Below are positions 24,425 to 34,657 of a stretch of DNA of 64,000 nucleotides, piece after piece (within the stretch, counting starts at the first letter, position 1; every line of letters begins with the position of its first letter). This stretch comes from Elsinoe ampelina (Eukaryota), in the NCBI GenBank assembly GCA_010093995.1, contig ML992504.1, positions 124,001-188,000 on the forward strand. The letters run 5' to 3'. The notes under the pieces are model-generated. The model was not told where the DNA came from and ran no database searches. It worked only from the letters and a program-made list of their open reading frames with translations. The position numbers were made by a program, and so were the translations under genes.

Positions 24425-26746
24425 CTACCTATACGAGTTGTACTCTGATTCGTCGTCCCGCAGAGAAGTAGGACTCATGTCGTTGGAATAGCTACTGTCA
24501 AAGCTACCCTTCAGTCGGGAGAACCATCCATTTCCGCCATTAACCCCATTGCTGTCAGATGTTGGCAGCTTAGTCTTGAGCTGTGGCACATGGGTCGTCG
24601 ACGGCAACATCTCGTATCCATCATCCATTTCCATCTCGGCGCGAAGCTGATTGCTGTCAGACGCCTTGATACCGACCGTCTTGACATAATCGATGACCGC
24701 CGCAGTGAGGTTGGCGGCGGCCGCATCAACCAGCGAGACAGGTGAGAGACCATCGGACGAAACAAGATTACGGGTAGCTGTGATCAAGCCAGTCGCATTG
24801 CGAGCAACACGAGCCTTGAGAGTAGCTTGAGTCGGCGGTGCCCCATTCAATTGCGGGCTCATCGGATTGGGTGATTCTGCAGGGGAGGGTAGACCGGTGT
24901 AGTCCTTGTTGCCGTTGTTGGTAATGTGCTGGACATGTCCAATGACCACCTTCATCTTGTCCAACGTGTCATCGGCTGAATTGCGGCGAGCAGTCTGTAA
25001 AAGTTCGTCGATGGACATCTGGTAGTTTGTGACATCCATGTCATTGACGAGACCTTCATGCGAAAGGAGTTGATGTCGAGAAGCGAGTGCATCCTTTGCC
25101 ATGTTCTGAAGCGGCAGCCCAATTGACGAAGCCTTGAGGGTACGGAGCTCAGTCTTCGTCTTTGCGTATCTCATCTTCCAGTCCTCGACTTCTGCTTGGA
25201 GAGCTCTGATCTGACCCTGCAGCTGCTCTTCCTTCTCCAGTGCGGCCTCGCTCTGCTCTGATAAGGCACGCATCTCTTGCAGAAAATGAGTGGCATTTTC
25301 TCGGACCTCCTCGGTGACTCGTCTTTGTTGCGTCAGCTCGTCTTGGAGCATCTCGACCTGTTCGCGCCATTCCTCAGCATTTTCGTTCGAGCTGGGACCG
25401 CCTTGTAGCTTGAGCAGAGAATTCTCCGAGTGCAGCGAGTCGATTTGCCCTTGCAGCTCGGTCACTGTCTGTTCCAATTGGTCGCGAAGGCCCGCTTCCC
25501 GCTTCGCATGACTCTGGTGAGCCCGGTCCATCTCGGCGTGATGGCTTGTAGCTGTTCCCTGCAGCTCCGCCACCTGGCGTTCCAGCTCATGTCTGGCCTT
25601 GCTCCATCCTTCTCGTTCAGTGATCATGCCTTTGTCGTGATCTAGCTTGTTGGACTCGAAGTTGTGAATCTCGACATCTTTCTCCCTGAGAGAAGATTCG
25701 AGTCCTGAGATCTTGGCTTGCAGCTCAGCGATCTGGTTCTCGTACGCTTGTGCCTGCTCTTGATCCACACCCCTACTCACCACCGGGCTGTCCATGGGGC
25801 CCTCGTCTTCAGTGTCGTCACCCTCGACCATGGTCGACTTGTTCGGCACAATTGTATTACTCTGGAAGGTCTTCGGTAGCGGTCTGCCATAATCGTTGCT
25901 AGAAGATCGTGTGGGAAATTGGGCTCGTTCTGATGGAGGGCCGCGGCCACCTGGTCCACGACTGCCAGGCCGTGATGGACCGGGTGGACCAGGCGGACCT
26001 CTCATGCCGGGAGGTGGCGGTCCTCGAGGCCCACCACGGTAGCTACTAGTGGTGCTCATGGCTGGACTGGCTGCTCGGTCGATATTGGCGCCGCCGATTC
26101 GAGGGACTCTTCGTTCGAGTTCGAAGTAGACGTCGGTAGCTAGCTGTTTGAAACGCTCTGGAGGGAGAGTGGATAACTTTTGACGGGCTTGGTTCCTCTT
26201 GGGGTGGAATGATTTGGCGGGCAGAAGATAGCGTGGAACGTCTGGACTCAGCCTCTGCCTCTCGTCTTCTCTTCTCAGGAGTTCGTCGTACACATCTGTG
26301 CTGAGTTCGTGAAATTGCGTCGGTGACAGTCGGAGTAATTTATCCCGTGCTCTTGTCGACTTTGCGGCCGCATCTTGCCCAAGAGATGCTCCCAAGAAGC
26401 CTTTGAGTATGTGATAATGTTCCAAAAGTGCATCTTCATTTCTCGGACCGAACGAGCGACCGGACTCGCTCATGACTGGGGAGTACATCCCGTTGCCTTC
26501 GCTAGACCGAGCGACGGAGCTCGCTGATGACAGGTGTGAGCCGGGAGATCTGCTTGACGTCGATCGTGAATGACCGTCGGTAGTGGATCCGCTGGGATGT
26601 TGGGACAGCGGCGGAGAAGTCTGCTGTGGTTTTGCTGCTCCGTATGGATTATCGTTCGGGTTCATTAATTGGTAGCGGGACAGAAATGATGAATCGTTGC
26701 TCTCCATTGACAAAGGCGAGACCTGGCGCGGTCGGCTTTGTTGCAT
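24425..26746 (-). CDS. SPA2: Polarisome scaffold Spa2/SpaA
   Basis: Two Spa2-homology (GIT) repeats ARDKLLRLSPTQFHELSTDVYDELLRR and ARQKLSTLPPERFKQLATDVYFELERR; PLPKTFQSNTIVPNKSTMVE; coiled coil; C-terminal GLSPVSLVDAAA. Confidence 0.93.
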   Translation of the reverse strand: MQQSRPRQVSPLSMESNDSSFLSRYQLMNPNDNPYGAAKPQQTSPPLSQHPSGSTTDGHSRSTSSRSPGSHLSSASSVARSSEGNGMYSPVMSESGRSFGPRNEDALLEHYHILKGFLGASLGQDAAAKSTRARDKLLRLSPTQFHELSTDVYDELLRREDERQRLSPDVPRYLLPAKSFHPKRNQARQKLSTLPPERFKQLATDVYFELERRVPRIGGANIDRAASPAMSTTSSYRGGPRGPPPPGMRGPPGPPGPSRPGSRGPGGRGPPSERAQFPTRSSSNDYGRPLPKTFQSNTIVPNKSTMVEGDDTEDEGPMDSPVVSRGVDQEQAQAYENQIAELQAKISGLESSLREKDVEIHNFESNKLDHDKGMITEREGWSKARHELERQVAELQGTATSHHAEMDRAHQSHAKREAGLRDQLEQTVTELQGQIDSLHSENSLLKLQGGPSSNENAEEWREQVEMLQDELTQQRRVTEEVRENATHFLQEMRALSEQSEAALEKEEQLQGQIRALQAEVEDWKMRYAKTKTELRTLKASSIGLPLQNMAKDALASRHQLLSHEGLVNDMDVTNYQMSIDELLQTARRNSADDTLDKMKVVIGHVQHITNNGNKDYTGLPSPAESPNPMSPQLNGAPPTQATLKARVARNATGLITATRNLVSSDGLSPVSLVDAAAANLTAAVIDYVKTVGIKASDSNQLRAEMEMDDGYEMLPSTTHVPQLKTKLPTSDSNGVNGGNGWFSRLKGSFDSSYSNDMSPTSLRDDESEYNSYR

Positions 26747-27814
26747 GGTATGGTCGACAGGTAAAGGAGAGGAAGGGGGAGAAAATGCGGGCGCGTAGGA
26801 GGATGTGATTGCCCGCGGATCGGGGATCTGTCAGAATGTACCGACGAGACAAGATGATGAGACAATCGGCCTTGAAGCAGGACAGGAGAGAGCGGTATTG
26901 GTCGGTCGGGAGTTGCGGCCAGCGCCTGGCTGGAGAGGATAGGACAGGAGAGGGAGAAACAAAGGATGCAAGACGAAACAAGCGCCCTGAGTCTTGTGCG
27001 TGAAGGGTCGTGTCTGACCTTGTGTCGGTGTCGGCGGGCTCGAACAAAGGAGTGTGTGGAAGAATTGAGAAGCCAGAGAAGAAGATGAGCAGGTCTGCTG
27101 TGCCAACCAAGGCGTGCCTGGCCGGAGGAAGTGATTTCTGGTTCTACGTCGCGTGCAGTAGTTTTTGCGAGAGAGCGGCCAAAATGCCAATCTCGAGGCG
27201 TTTCCCGTTCTTCTGCCAATCAGAGTTCGACCCGGCGTAATCCAAAAGAGCCGTGCCCCTGATTCTGTGGATCGCCTTGTTTCTAGTCTTGCGGGTGATT
27301 GGTTCTACTTTGAAAGTTGGTGGTCCGTGAAGAAATTGCCGGCGTGAGAACAAGAGATGAGAGAGATGACAGAAGAGATGACAGCCAGAATAGGCCTTTG
27401 CAGAATGCCAGAAAATGTGGTGGGTCTGTTTGCTCATTTCGATACAGATACATTTCTGCCTGAAAGAGACTCTGTATACGCGGGGAATACACGTGTGGGT
27501 ATCGTGATTGTGTGGTCTGTTGCTATATCCTACCTCCCCTCGTGTATAAGGTTGCATCGCACGCCGATCTCTTTGAAGCGTATCATTTGCAAATGTCCCA
27601 TCTATCGATAAACCCTGTGTGCCATAATAGGAAGACCCCCGAGCAGGCAAGTTGCCCCCACTGGCCTCCCCACGCTTTGACGGAGACCGTTGATGCCGGC
27701 AACCCAATCTCCATCCCCAGCCACGATAAGGCGAACCTACGAGTATACACACTGTCTCTATCATTGACCTGTCGCGTCTCCGTCATCCTTGATTCTCCAA
27801 TCTCGCGTCAAGAG

Positions 27815-28552
27815 ATGGATGACGTCGAGCAAAGTCAACCCTACTGGCAAGTCAACGTGCCCGAGAAAGACTGGCCAAAGACTTGTCCAGATTTCCTGAA
27901 GGGTATCACCGACAAGCAGAAACACATCCTAGCAACTCTGGACAAAGACTACCACATTCTGTCGTGGGATGAGGTCAAGGATGTCGTTGCGAGAAACAAG
28001 CTCGATGCCTTTCAGCGGGTCCCAACAGATCTCCGTCGCTATCTACAATACATGTTCAAGATCAAGAATGACTGGGGATCCATCATGAACTTCGTCCTCA
28101 AGGAGCGTATCCGTTGGACTGACTTGACACCGTCCGGAGCGCCATTCAAGGATCCGAGTACTATAGCACCCGACTCTCGAGGCTCTGCATTCCACTGACC
28201 TGCTTCAGCTGATATCAAGATCCTCTACAACGACTGGCCGTACGGGATCGATGAAGATATCGTCCACCTTGTCGTATGGACCAAATTCGAGTCGGAAGAG
28301 GATCCGTCGACGGGTGACTTGACAGACAAAGCTCGGAATCAAATAGATGACTATGTGCAGAAGACGTTCCGCAGCCGCTTCCAACCAGATCACGTGGTGT
28401 GGTTCAAGAACTGGCGCAGTTTGAAGAGCGTCGAGGCGGTCGAGCACTTTCATGTCATGCTTTTCAAGCCGGATAAGGCAGTCATTGCTGAACTGACTCA
28501 CAACGACATGCCATTGAACGAGAAAGTTAAGGCGGCTGGAGGAGCAGCATAA
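27815..28552 (+). CDS. GIG1/DUF3605-family (N-acetylglucosamine-induced protein 1-like)
   Basis: PYWQVNVP...CPDFL, FQRVPTDLRRY; intron 28158-28208 gives DIKILYNDWPYGID..IVHLVVWTK; WFKNWRSLKSVEAVEHFHV (HIT-like HxH). Confidence 0.85.
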
Positions 28553-28800
28553 TGATCAAGCATCGCAAAACGTGTTCGCAAGTTTCGGTGTCGTGGTTCG
28601 TGACTTGACGTTGCTGGGACGACGGCTATTTGTGGACCTCTTGACAAGACAATTCCGTCCAAACCGCGCCAAGGCCGCAAAAACGTCCATCTCATGACTT
28701 GGGTCGCTGTTGTTTGGTGATTCGACACTTCATTGATGTTGTCTGATGATTGCAATACACTCGTCGACACTTGACTGATCGCGCGCTCAGGTAGACTGCC

Positions 28801-31800
28801 ATGTCTACCACGATCCCCACCACTGGCGCATCCTCAATCACCGTCGCTGTTCGCGTTCGTCCCTTCACAATCCGCGAAGCAGCTCAATTGACAAAATCCG
28901 ACGACGGTCCCCTGTTCCTCGGCGATGGCTCTCTTGCGGCCGCTCCTACACCGAAACTGGGCTCGAAGGGAATCAGGTCTATTATCAAGGTTGTCGACGA
29001 TAGATGCCTGTAAGGTCTTCCCGCCCAAGGTCAACAGCCCCCACTAACACTCTAGTGTTTTCGATCCACCCGAAGACTCTCCCGTTCAACGATTCTCGAG
29101 GTCAATAGTACCGACCGGCAAAAGGACAAAAGATCAGACATTCGGCTTCGACAAAGTCTTTGACGAGAACACGACACAAGCAGAGGTCTACGAATCAACC
29201 ACCAAGAGCTTGCTTGACAGCGTGCTGGACGGCTACAATGCGACTGTCTTTGCATATGGGGCGACTGGGTGTGGCAAGACTCACACCATCACGTACGTCT
29301 CTGTTCTCAACCCGACCGTTACATGCTGACACGCGACAGAGGAACTGCGCAACAACCCGGCATCATTTTCATGACCATGCAAGAGCTGTTTGAGAGAATC
29401 GGCGAGTTACAGGACGAGAAGGTGACAGAGATATCTCTATCCTACCTGGAAATCTACAACGAGACCATTCGCGATCTCCTCGTCGCGACAGACAAGAAGC
29501 AAGGCCTCATGTTGCGCGAAGACGCCAACCAAGCGGTGTCAGTCGCTGGCCTTTCGTCACATCACCCGCAGAACGTACAAGAGGTCATGGACATGATTAT
29601 TCGCGGCAACTCTTCACGAACACAATCACCCACCGATGCCAATGCCACCTCATCACGATCCCACGCAGTTCTTCAGGTTAACGTCGCCCAGAAAGAGCGT
29701 AATGCGGCCATTTCTGAGCCGACAACCATGGCCACTCTCTCCATCATCGATCTCGCCGGCTCCGAAAGAGCATCTGCCACAAGGAACAGAGGAGAACGGC
29801 TTCTCGAAGGCGCCAACATCAATAAATCACTCCTCGCACTCGGCTCATGCATCAATGCTCTCTGCGATCCGCGCAAGAAGAACCACGTCCCGTACCGCAA
29901 CAGCAAGCTCACTCGACTGCTCAAATTCAGCTTAGGTGGAAATTGCAAGACCGTCATGATTGTTTGTGTCAGCCCAAGCTCTGTACATTTTGACGAGACT
30001 CAAAACACCTTGCGATATGCCAACAGAGCGAAGAACATCCAGACCAAAGTGGTCCGCAATGTTTACAACGTCGATCGCCACGTCAAGGACTATCTCAAGA
30101 AGATCGACGAACAGATGGCTCGGATCAACGAACTCCAAGCCCAGCAGAAGGAGTATGAGACGCTGGCAATGTCCAAGTTCAGGAAGATCGAAGAGAAGAG
30201 ACAAACCATCGCGAAGGAGAGTGTTGCCAGGATACGCGTCGCATACGATAATGCCAGCGACGAGAGACAAGAGCGGATGAATAACATGAAGAGACTTCGG
30301 CATATTGAGCGCAGGATCGGACTGGTTACTGCATGGGTGGGGGGTTTTGACCAGGTCTGCGAGACTCGTGAAGGCGAGGAGCCTCCGAAGAGTTTGACCG
30401 CGCTACGGCAGACAGCACAAGGCATTCTTGCAGAGCTTGAGAGCAGTCGACAACATTATCACCAACGACTCTCGAAGAGCAACTGGGATCGCGGCATGAA
30501 TACTGCACTTCAGAACGGCATCCGACAGGTGGAAGAAGCAGATGCTGGTGCAAGTGTGAATTCGGCCGAGATTACAAGTCTGAAGCGTGAGGTCGAGGTG
30601 CTCAAGGGAAATGCTGATCGCGAAGCATACATGGCAGTGCTCGAGCAGGAAAAGGCAGGCGAGGCCGCGCTGGTCCAGGTCTTATTGCAGGCGCATTTCG
30701 AGACAGTCGCCATCCTTGGCCAAATCATGCAGATGGACGAGCAGGATGCCGTGAAGGCGGCCAGGGATGTTCTTGGAAAGCTCCTGACATCCAGCATCGA
30801 AGCCACTTCGCAGATTATCCGACCAGACGGCGGTCTACACATTGTCCAGCCAGTGCCTCCATCCAAGAGCGGCACGCCGAAGAAGCGCAAGCCGGTGAAT
30901 CTGCTCGGCCCATCACCAATGAAGAACAAGATCAAATCTGACCTCCTGGCTGCCCCATCATTCCACGAAAGTCCTGCATCGGGGCCTTCTCCCGCAAGAC
31001 CTTCTCCCATGAGGCGGAAGCTGGGTGGTGCACGTAGAGGCATTGCTCTCGTAGGATCTCCACGAAAACGGTCGCCCGTCAAGGGCAAGCGAGGCGTTCG
31101 ATGGCGGGACGATACCGAGGATGGCAAGTTGGCAGACTATCAGCCCACACCAACAAAGCTGGACTCGACGCCCGATTTGCCCTCGCATGATGAGTCCGCA
31201 ATATGGACTACAGAGACGCCAGAAGTGGCCATTGACGAAGTCGATGATGTCGACTCATCACCCTTACCCCCGGCGCCTTCAACCAGCCACGATCTCAAGC
31301 ACAAACCAAGCAGATTCGACACCAACTTCCTTTCCAAACGTAGTGATCTTTCACCTGCCCCTCGAACGTCGATGCTCGGACTCCGTCAACAGTCGCCTCT
31401 GCAAGAGATCGCCGGCAACAGCGCACCACAGCGATCACCCCTTCACCAATCTCGCAACGTCTCGTCGCCGTCCGAAGACGGAGTGTCTTCGTCATCCGGC
31501 GACGAAGCGAAGAAGCCGTGGAAGTCAGACAAGGAATCGGCGCGGCGTATCTCTTCAGCCATCAAGATCAAAAGAACTTCTTCGATAGGCGGCAAGGATG
31601 GTGGTATCAGACGGGAGCACCGTCGTCGCAGTCCTGGCGCCAGTGCCTCTCCACCGCCTGAGGGGATCTTCTCTGCAAGTCATGCGAGAAGGATGGTCAA
31701 GAGTGAGAAGGGCGAAGAGTGGCGGAACAGCGTGTTGAGTCCGCGGACAGCGCCAGTGATGAAGGGTCCCAGCGGAGCAAGAAGGACAACGTTCAATAGC

Positions 31801-31893
31801 GAGAGCACTCCGAGAGAAGTGAACAGGGGCCCAGTCAGGATGAGTGTGGCTGGCAGAGCGAGCGCGGTGGGGACAAAGGCGGCATGGCGGTGA
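28801..31893 (+). CDS. KIP3: Kinesin-8 motor (Kip3/KipB)
   Basis: ITVAVRVRPF; introns 29010-29055 and 29293-29339 give FAYGATGCGKTHT (P-loop); SSRSHAV, IDLAGSERA, HVPYRNSKLTRLLK, ETQNTLRYANRAK. Confidence 0.95.
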
Positions 31894-32437
31894 ACGTTGT
31901 ATGATTATAGAGCTGTATGCTACTGGCGGATCGGGTATGCATGGATGAGGGGCATGGCGGGATGGCGTTTGATATGGTGACACCGTTATGAATGCGGTGA
32001 CTGGCTCACTGGCTACGGGCACGGCATAATGATAGCATGGAGACATTCACGAATGAGGATTGACATTGTCAAATATGTCTCCGGGTTGCATTAGTAATCC
32101 AAGACCTTCGGATGTATTCCGATGCACAATTTTGTGGAATGCATTCCATCAGCCAATCAAAGGGCGGCTCGCATAATATACAGGATGACATCTTCGGGCA
32201 TTTGCAATGACATGGTCTGCCCCTCCTTGAGTCTCTGCCATTGAACCCCACCTGGTCTGTCCCGATCATAGCCATACGGTAGAACATTCTGTCCGTCTTG
32301 TCCGGTTTGTCGTCTCAATAAGTATTCTCCCTTTGCTTCAGGTTCCGACCACATCGTCTGTCGAGTTGGGGTCCGCAAAGCAGTGCTCAATAAAATACCA
32401 GGATCAGTCGTATTGACCACCCCATCATCACCGCAAC

Positions 32438-33605
32438 ATGAAGGAAGCAATCGTATGCCGGTATATATTCTGTACACATCAGACCGCCACTGACATATAA
32501 CAATCAGGTCAAAAAGGGAACCATCGTGGAGATTGTCGACACGGAGATCCCAAAGCCAGGCCCAAGTCAGATCCTCATCAAGGTCGTCTTTTCCGGCAGC
32601 AACCCCAAAGACTGGAAAATACCAGAATGGATGAACACGGAAAGTAACACCGGCGATGACATTGCTGGTTATGTTCATGAACTCGGGCCTGGTGCAGAAG
32701 ACTATGGCTTTAAAGTTGGCGATCGAGTCGCCGCCTTCCACGAGTATGTTGGGATGTCCCCTCTGCCTTTGCATACCTCTCACACTTTTGACAGGATGCG
32801 TACATCTGGCGGATCTTTCGCCGAGTACGCCATCGCACCGGCACATACCACCTTTCACCTCCCAGCCGCCACCTCTTTCGAGGAGGGCGCCTCCCTACCA
32901 CTGGCCGTTCTCACGGCAGCAGTGGGGCTCTTCAACCGCCTCGGTCTCCCAGAGCCATGGCGCCCAACTACTACCACTACGCCCCTGCTCATCTACGGCG
33001 GAGCTTCAGCAGTTGGTGCTTACGCTATCAAGTACGCATTGCAGAGCAACATCCACCCCATCATCGCCGTTGCTGGACGTGGCATTCCATTTGTCGAGAG
33101 CCTGATCGACAAGTCCAAGGGCGACATTGTCGTCGACTACCGCAACGGTGACGACGCAGTGGTTCAAGGGATCAAGGATGCTCTCAAAGGTCAGAAACTC
33201 GAATACGCCTTCGACGCCGTCAGCGAGAATGGAAGCTTCATCAACATCGGTAAGGTGCTCGAGCCAAAGGGCAAGCTCACCCTCGTACTACCAGGCGACC
33301 ACTCTGGTGTCCCCGAGAGCATTGAGAAGACCTTCACCACTGTCGGGAGCGTCCATCAAGATGCAGCAGTGGAGCAGGCTCCTTCGCCTGTCGGGCACAC
33401 GCCTGATAACAGGGAGGCAGGGTTCGTGCACAGCCAGTGGTTGACTAGGGCGTTGAAGGAGGGCAAGATCAGTGGGCATCCGACTGAGGTCATCCCTGGG
33501 GGGCTCGAGGGGGTGCAGAAGGGCCTGCAGAACTTGAAGGAGGGCAAGGCAAGTGCGGTCAAGTATATCTTCCGCATCGCGGATACCCCTGGAGTAAAGG
33601 CATAG
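32438..33605 (+). CDS. MDR-superfamily quinone oxidoreductase / trans-enoyl-reductase-like protein
   Basis: MKEAI joined to VKKG by intron 32453-32507; GSNPKDWK; GDRVAAFHE joined to M by intron 32744-32794; LLIYGGASAVG NADPH motif; GKASAVKYIFRI. Confidence 0.9.
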
Positions 33606-33669
33606 TGTCACAGTCTAGCATCCAAAATCAATGATAACAGCATGAATTCCCTCATCCATCCACCTCTAC

Positions 33670-34275
33670 TTATCCCTCAAGCGGCGGGAACTTCCTCAAG
33701 AAATGGCTCGGGCATTCGTAGCCAGAAGGCGTTTTCTCCAGATACCTCTGATGATAATCCTCAGCATCCCACCACTGACCCGCCGGCAAAACCTCCGTCA
33801 CCACCTTCCCCTGCTTCCACCACTGCTCCCCGACCAACTTGGTGACTTCCTTTGCCACCTTCTCCTGCTCGGCATCGTGATAAAAAATCCCACTCCTGTA
33901 CTGCGACCCGGTATCCGGGCCCTGCCTGTTCAACGTGGTCGGATCATGCATCTTGTAGAAAAACTCCAGCAACGTCCTGTACGACACCTTGTCCGGATCA
34001 AACGTCATCTGCAGCGCCTCGGCGTGCCCCGTCCTCCCCGTGCACACGGCCCGGTACGACGGGTTCGACGAGTCCCCGCCGATGTAGCCCACGCGGGCGT
34101 CCAGCACGGCGTCGCGCGGGAAGTGGTGCCGGAAGAGGTGCTCGACGCCCCAGAAGCAGCCGGCTGCCACGGTGGCTTTTTGCGCGTTGGGCGGCACTGG
34201 GCCCGTGGATTCGGGGGTGAAGTGCATGGTTGTCGAGGAGAAGGGGCGCATGAGGCGTTGGATGATGTTGGACAT
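33670..34275 (-). CDS. msrA: Peptide methionine-S-sulfoxide reductase MsrA (AUG-initiated form; a CUG-extended form from 34332 is proposed in findings)
   Basis: Catalytic GCFWG, VGYIGG, GHAEA, HDPTTLNRQGPDTGSQYRS, AEDYHQRYL and resolving Cys in GYECPSH; intronless. Confidence 0.97.
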   Translation of the reverse strand: MSNIIQRLMRPFSSTTMHFTPESTGPVPPNAQKATVAAGCFWGVEHLFRHHFPRDAVLDARVGYIGGDSSNPSYRAVCTGRTGHAEALQMTFDPDKVSYRTLLEFFYKMHDPTTLNRQGPDTGSQYRSGIFYHDAEQEKVAKEVTKLVGEQWWKQGKVVTEVLPAGQWWDAEDYHQRYLEKTPSGYECPSHFLRKFPPLEG

Positions 34276-34657
34276 GGTGGGGGCGGTGATGATGGTGAGG
34301 AGGGCGAGGAGGAAGAGTGTGAGGGGCTTCAGGTTGGGTATATGTGTTTGAGGAGAATATCAGGCGTTGGGTGAGCGGGCAGTGAGGTGCTGGACGGAGG
34401 TGTGGCTGTGGGAAAGATGTCAAATAAGATATCTTTGCCCCTCAAATCGGAGCCGCGTCGAGCTGAAGGTTCTTAACTTCTTCGGTGTGCGGCCGCAAAC
34501 GTGATGTCATCATTTTCGGGGAAGCTGTCGTGCTGACACCGACTTCGACTTCGCCACTCAAGGCGGGCAAGGATTTGGAATGCTGGCACTGGTAGTTCAT
34601 TTCATACATTCGTAACACGTCTATGGTATATACATAAACTCCACTTCTTGCGTGATA

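Noticed and set aside
27161..27170. Ndt80/RON1-like CGCAAAA site between SPA2 and the GIG1-like gene
   Set aside because: Single 7-bp core match far from the start; expected by chance.
27512..27814. Long in-frame upstream extensions of the GIG1-like gene and of the cNMP/F-box gene (38421-38534)
   Set aside because: No coding-type codon bias or clear targeting signal, unlike the msrA case.
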